A stretch of 62,917 nt of DNA, counting the filler, from Octopus bimaculoides (Eukaryota): assembly GCF_001194135.2 (NCBI RefSeq). It is 4 parts of 4 records of this genome, joined end to end, with 100 filler letters (N's around TTAATTAATTAA, not from the genome) between each part and the next. Parts side by side here need not be neighbours in the genome. Positions count along the whole stretch, not along the records: positions 53,640 to 62,917 come from NC_068987.1; 3 more parts are not named here. The stretch is one strand, 5' to 3'. The notes below the pieces were generated by a model. The model ran no database searches, was not told the origin of the DNA, and worked only from the letters and a program-made list of their open reading frames with translations. This document shows positions 60,901 to 62,917 of this stretch, in pieces. How positions within the stretch are numbered: the stretch's first letter is position 1; every line of letters starts with the position of its first letter. Position numbers and translations under genes: made by a program.

Positions 60901-61554
60901 GTATCGGTGTATGTGCGTGAATACGTATATATGAATGTACAGGTATGTATGTTAATAGTAATAAATTGAAAGGGGTAGTGGCATTCAATACCGGAAGGAG
61001 GACTGTGTATTCAATACCAGAAGGAGGAATGTGTATTATTTAATGAAACTGAATTAAAATCTTAGGAGTTTGATATTTGTCTTACAGTGTACTTTAATAT
61101 CAAGGTATTCATGCAGTATTTGTTTTAACGAATACTTTGTTAATATGTGTAACGAGAGCAACAAGGTAGATCACAGATGAAACAAGATACTGACGTCATC
61201 GATTCACTGTTGGGCAAGTGATAATAGGGCAGATAGATTGCTAGTATTGTTTCTCAATCCATGGTAAGTAGAGATTTATCGACTACAAATAGTTATTACA
61301 TCCTCTTTTTCCCGATGGACTTTCAACTTAATAACTGGTTGAGTAGATTCTTGTATGAATAATTAATTATGATATGTATTAATTAATTATACGTGAGACC
61401 ATACTATGCGCATTACAATGTGCAAACACCTACGTTCGCAAATATTGTGTAGAGTCAAAAGTATCGCAACAATTCGGTAACTTATTTGCTTTTTCGTCAA
61501 GTTACAACAAAAGCAGTCAAGCATTTGAGGTAGAGGCCATTGTGTTGCCTCGTC

Positions 61555-61800
61555 AAAAGTCTCCTTTCGGTCATTTCCTGTCTGCGGCCATGCTTGGACA
61601 CCGCCTTCAACGATTTCGTCGATCAAATCGACCTCAGTACTTATCGACATCGTTTTTAAAGCAGTGGTAGTGGGGTGGGGGAAAAGGCACACAAGCGCGC
61701 ACACACAAATATTTGAAAACATTATTACAGTCTACCAAATCCACTCACGGCCCGGGGTTATTGCAGAAGATGCCATGCCGTGGACTGAACCCAGAACCAA
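61555..61800 (-). mobile_element. Decayed SINE family A
   Basis: gcggccatgcttggacaccgcc...tctaccaaatccactcac...ggactgaacccagaacca. Confidence 0.65.
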
Positions 61801-62029
61801 AGGTTTTGATTTTGTCTTTGAGAATATTTGTACTTTTAGTAAATACTACGCAGTTACAACTAAAAACAATAAAAACAGACGGAGATATTTCGAATAAAAC
61901 CAGACGTCAAATAAAATGCCATATTTTACCTACGCATAATTTTGGATATCTTGTTTTCTTACATTTCAAATATATATTTCAAGAGCCTTTATTATACTAA
62001 TTTAATATTATATCAATACTTCCACTGTA

Positions 62030-62087
<58 letters not shown>

Positions 62088-62504
62088 CAAGTATCACTTG
62101 AAAAGGAAGGTGAGAATGGAGAGACAGTTTTTGTCTCGTGAAAGTTTCATTAAAAGGTGGGTGAATGTAGCAAAGATGGTGCGTGCGAGTGACGATACCT
62201 CTTTGAGCATGATCCTATAAATCGAGAAAAAAAAAGAAAAAAAAGAGAGAGAGAGAGAGAGCACTTCGCTCTCATGTGTCTATTCCCTGCTGAGGTTACC
62301 ATGGTCTTTTCCGAAGGCTTTTCTCTCCATGGATAAACCCAATGTTACCCCATTTTACACAATTGACATTTTCTGTGATATACGATACCCCCCCCCCNNN
62401 NNNNNNNNNNNNNNNNNNNNNNNNNNNTTTTTTTTTTTAAAGAAAAGCTCTACAGTTGTATTTGTCCCCTCTGTGTGCAGCCATGTGTGGCTAATAAAAG
62501 AAAG

Positions 62505-62560
<56 letters not shown>

Positions 62561-62561
62561 T

Positions 62562-62892
62562 TACCGTATTTGATGGCCTATAAGACGCACGAGTGCATAG
62601 TACGCACCCTAGCCAGGCTATACTTTTGTAAAATTAATTACCACTAAAATAATGTTTTAATTCTTCCACTTACCTGTGTAACTTTATGTTATTACCGGTA
62701 ATAGTAAGCAATATATTGCATCCTCATTCGATATAGGCTAGGCTATTAGGCTATATCTATGTGAACTCTGATGTATAATTTCGGCCAACAGTCGCGAGTT
62801 TTGAACCTACATTGAATGCATGGGACGTAGGAGGATGTTTAAAGCAGTTTTTGGGTAAAAATGGTGCGTCTTATAGGCTATCACATACGGTA
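62562..62892 (+). mobile_element. Tc2/Kanga-like (IS630-Tc1-mariner superfamily) MITE with TA TSD
   Basis: TAccgtatttgatggcctataagacgcac ... gtgcgtcttataggctatcacatacggTA: 29-bp inverted match including TA, 2 mismatches. Confidence 0.88.
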
Positions 62893-62917
62893 TGTATATA
62901 TATATATATATATATAT

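Noticed and set aside
107-62583. Long ORFs rich in HTHT, YIYI, VCVC, LSIY or X
   Set aside because: They are translations of microsatellites or N gaps, not genes

Overview
AT-rich, microsatellite-dense eukaryotic DNA from a gapped draft scaffold (roughly 5 kb of N). The SINE and microsatellite content resembles, from recall, an octopod cephalopod (Octopus-like); this is inference, not a database result. No cellular protein-coding gene, functional tRNA/rRNA or CRISPR array can be supported, and almost every ORF in the supplied track is a microsatellite, gap or SINE artefact. The window contains: many tRNA-headed SINEs in at least four families (my labels A-D); four or five fragments of R4/Dong-type RLE non-LTR retrotransposons, most abutting (AAT)n microsatellites; a CR1/L2-like 3' end; mariner, Tigger-like, Tc2-like and hAT-Buster non-autonomous DNA transposons; Helentron/DINE-1-like elements; and a decayed SGNH-esterase-like ORF with a short second copy. 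The most notable signals are several hammerhead-ribozyme-like motifs. One is nearly complete (58605-58660, minus strand, next to the esterase-like fragment). Another appears to belong to a tRNA-head/(AAT)n/hammerhead element at about 52.8-53.3 kb. There are also a few weak exon candidates on the minus strand and a recurring artificial 44N-TTAATTAATTAA-44N gap linker. Coordinates were counted by hand; fuzzy element ends may be off by 10-20 bp.
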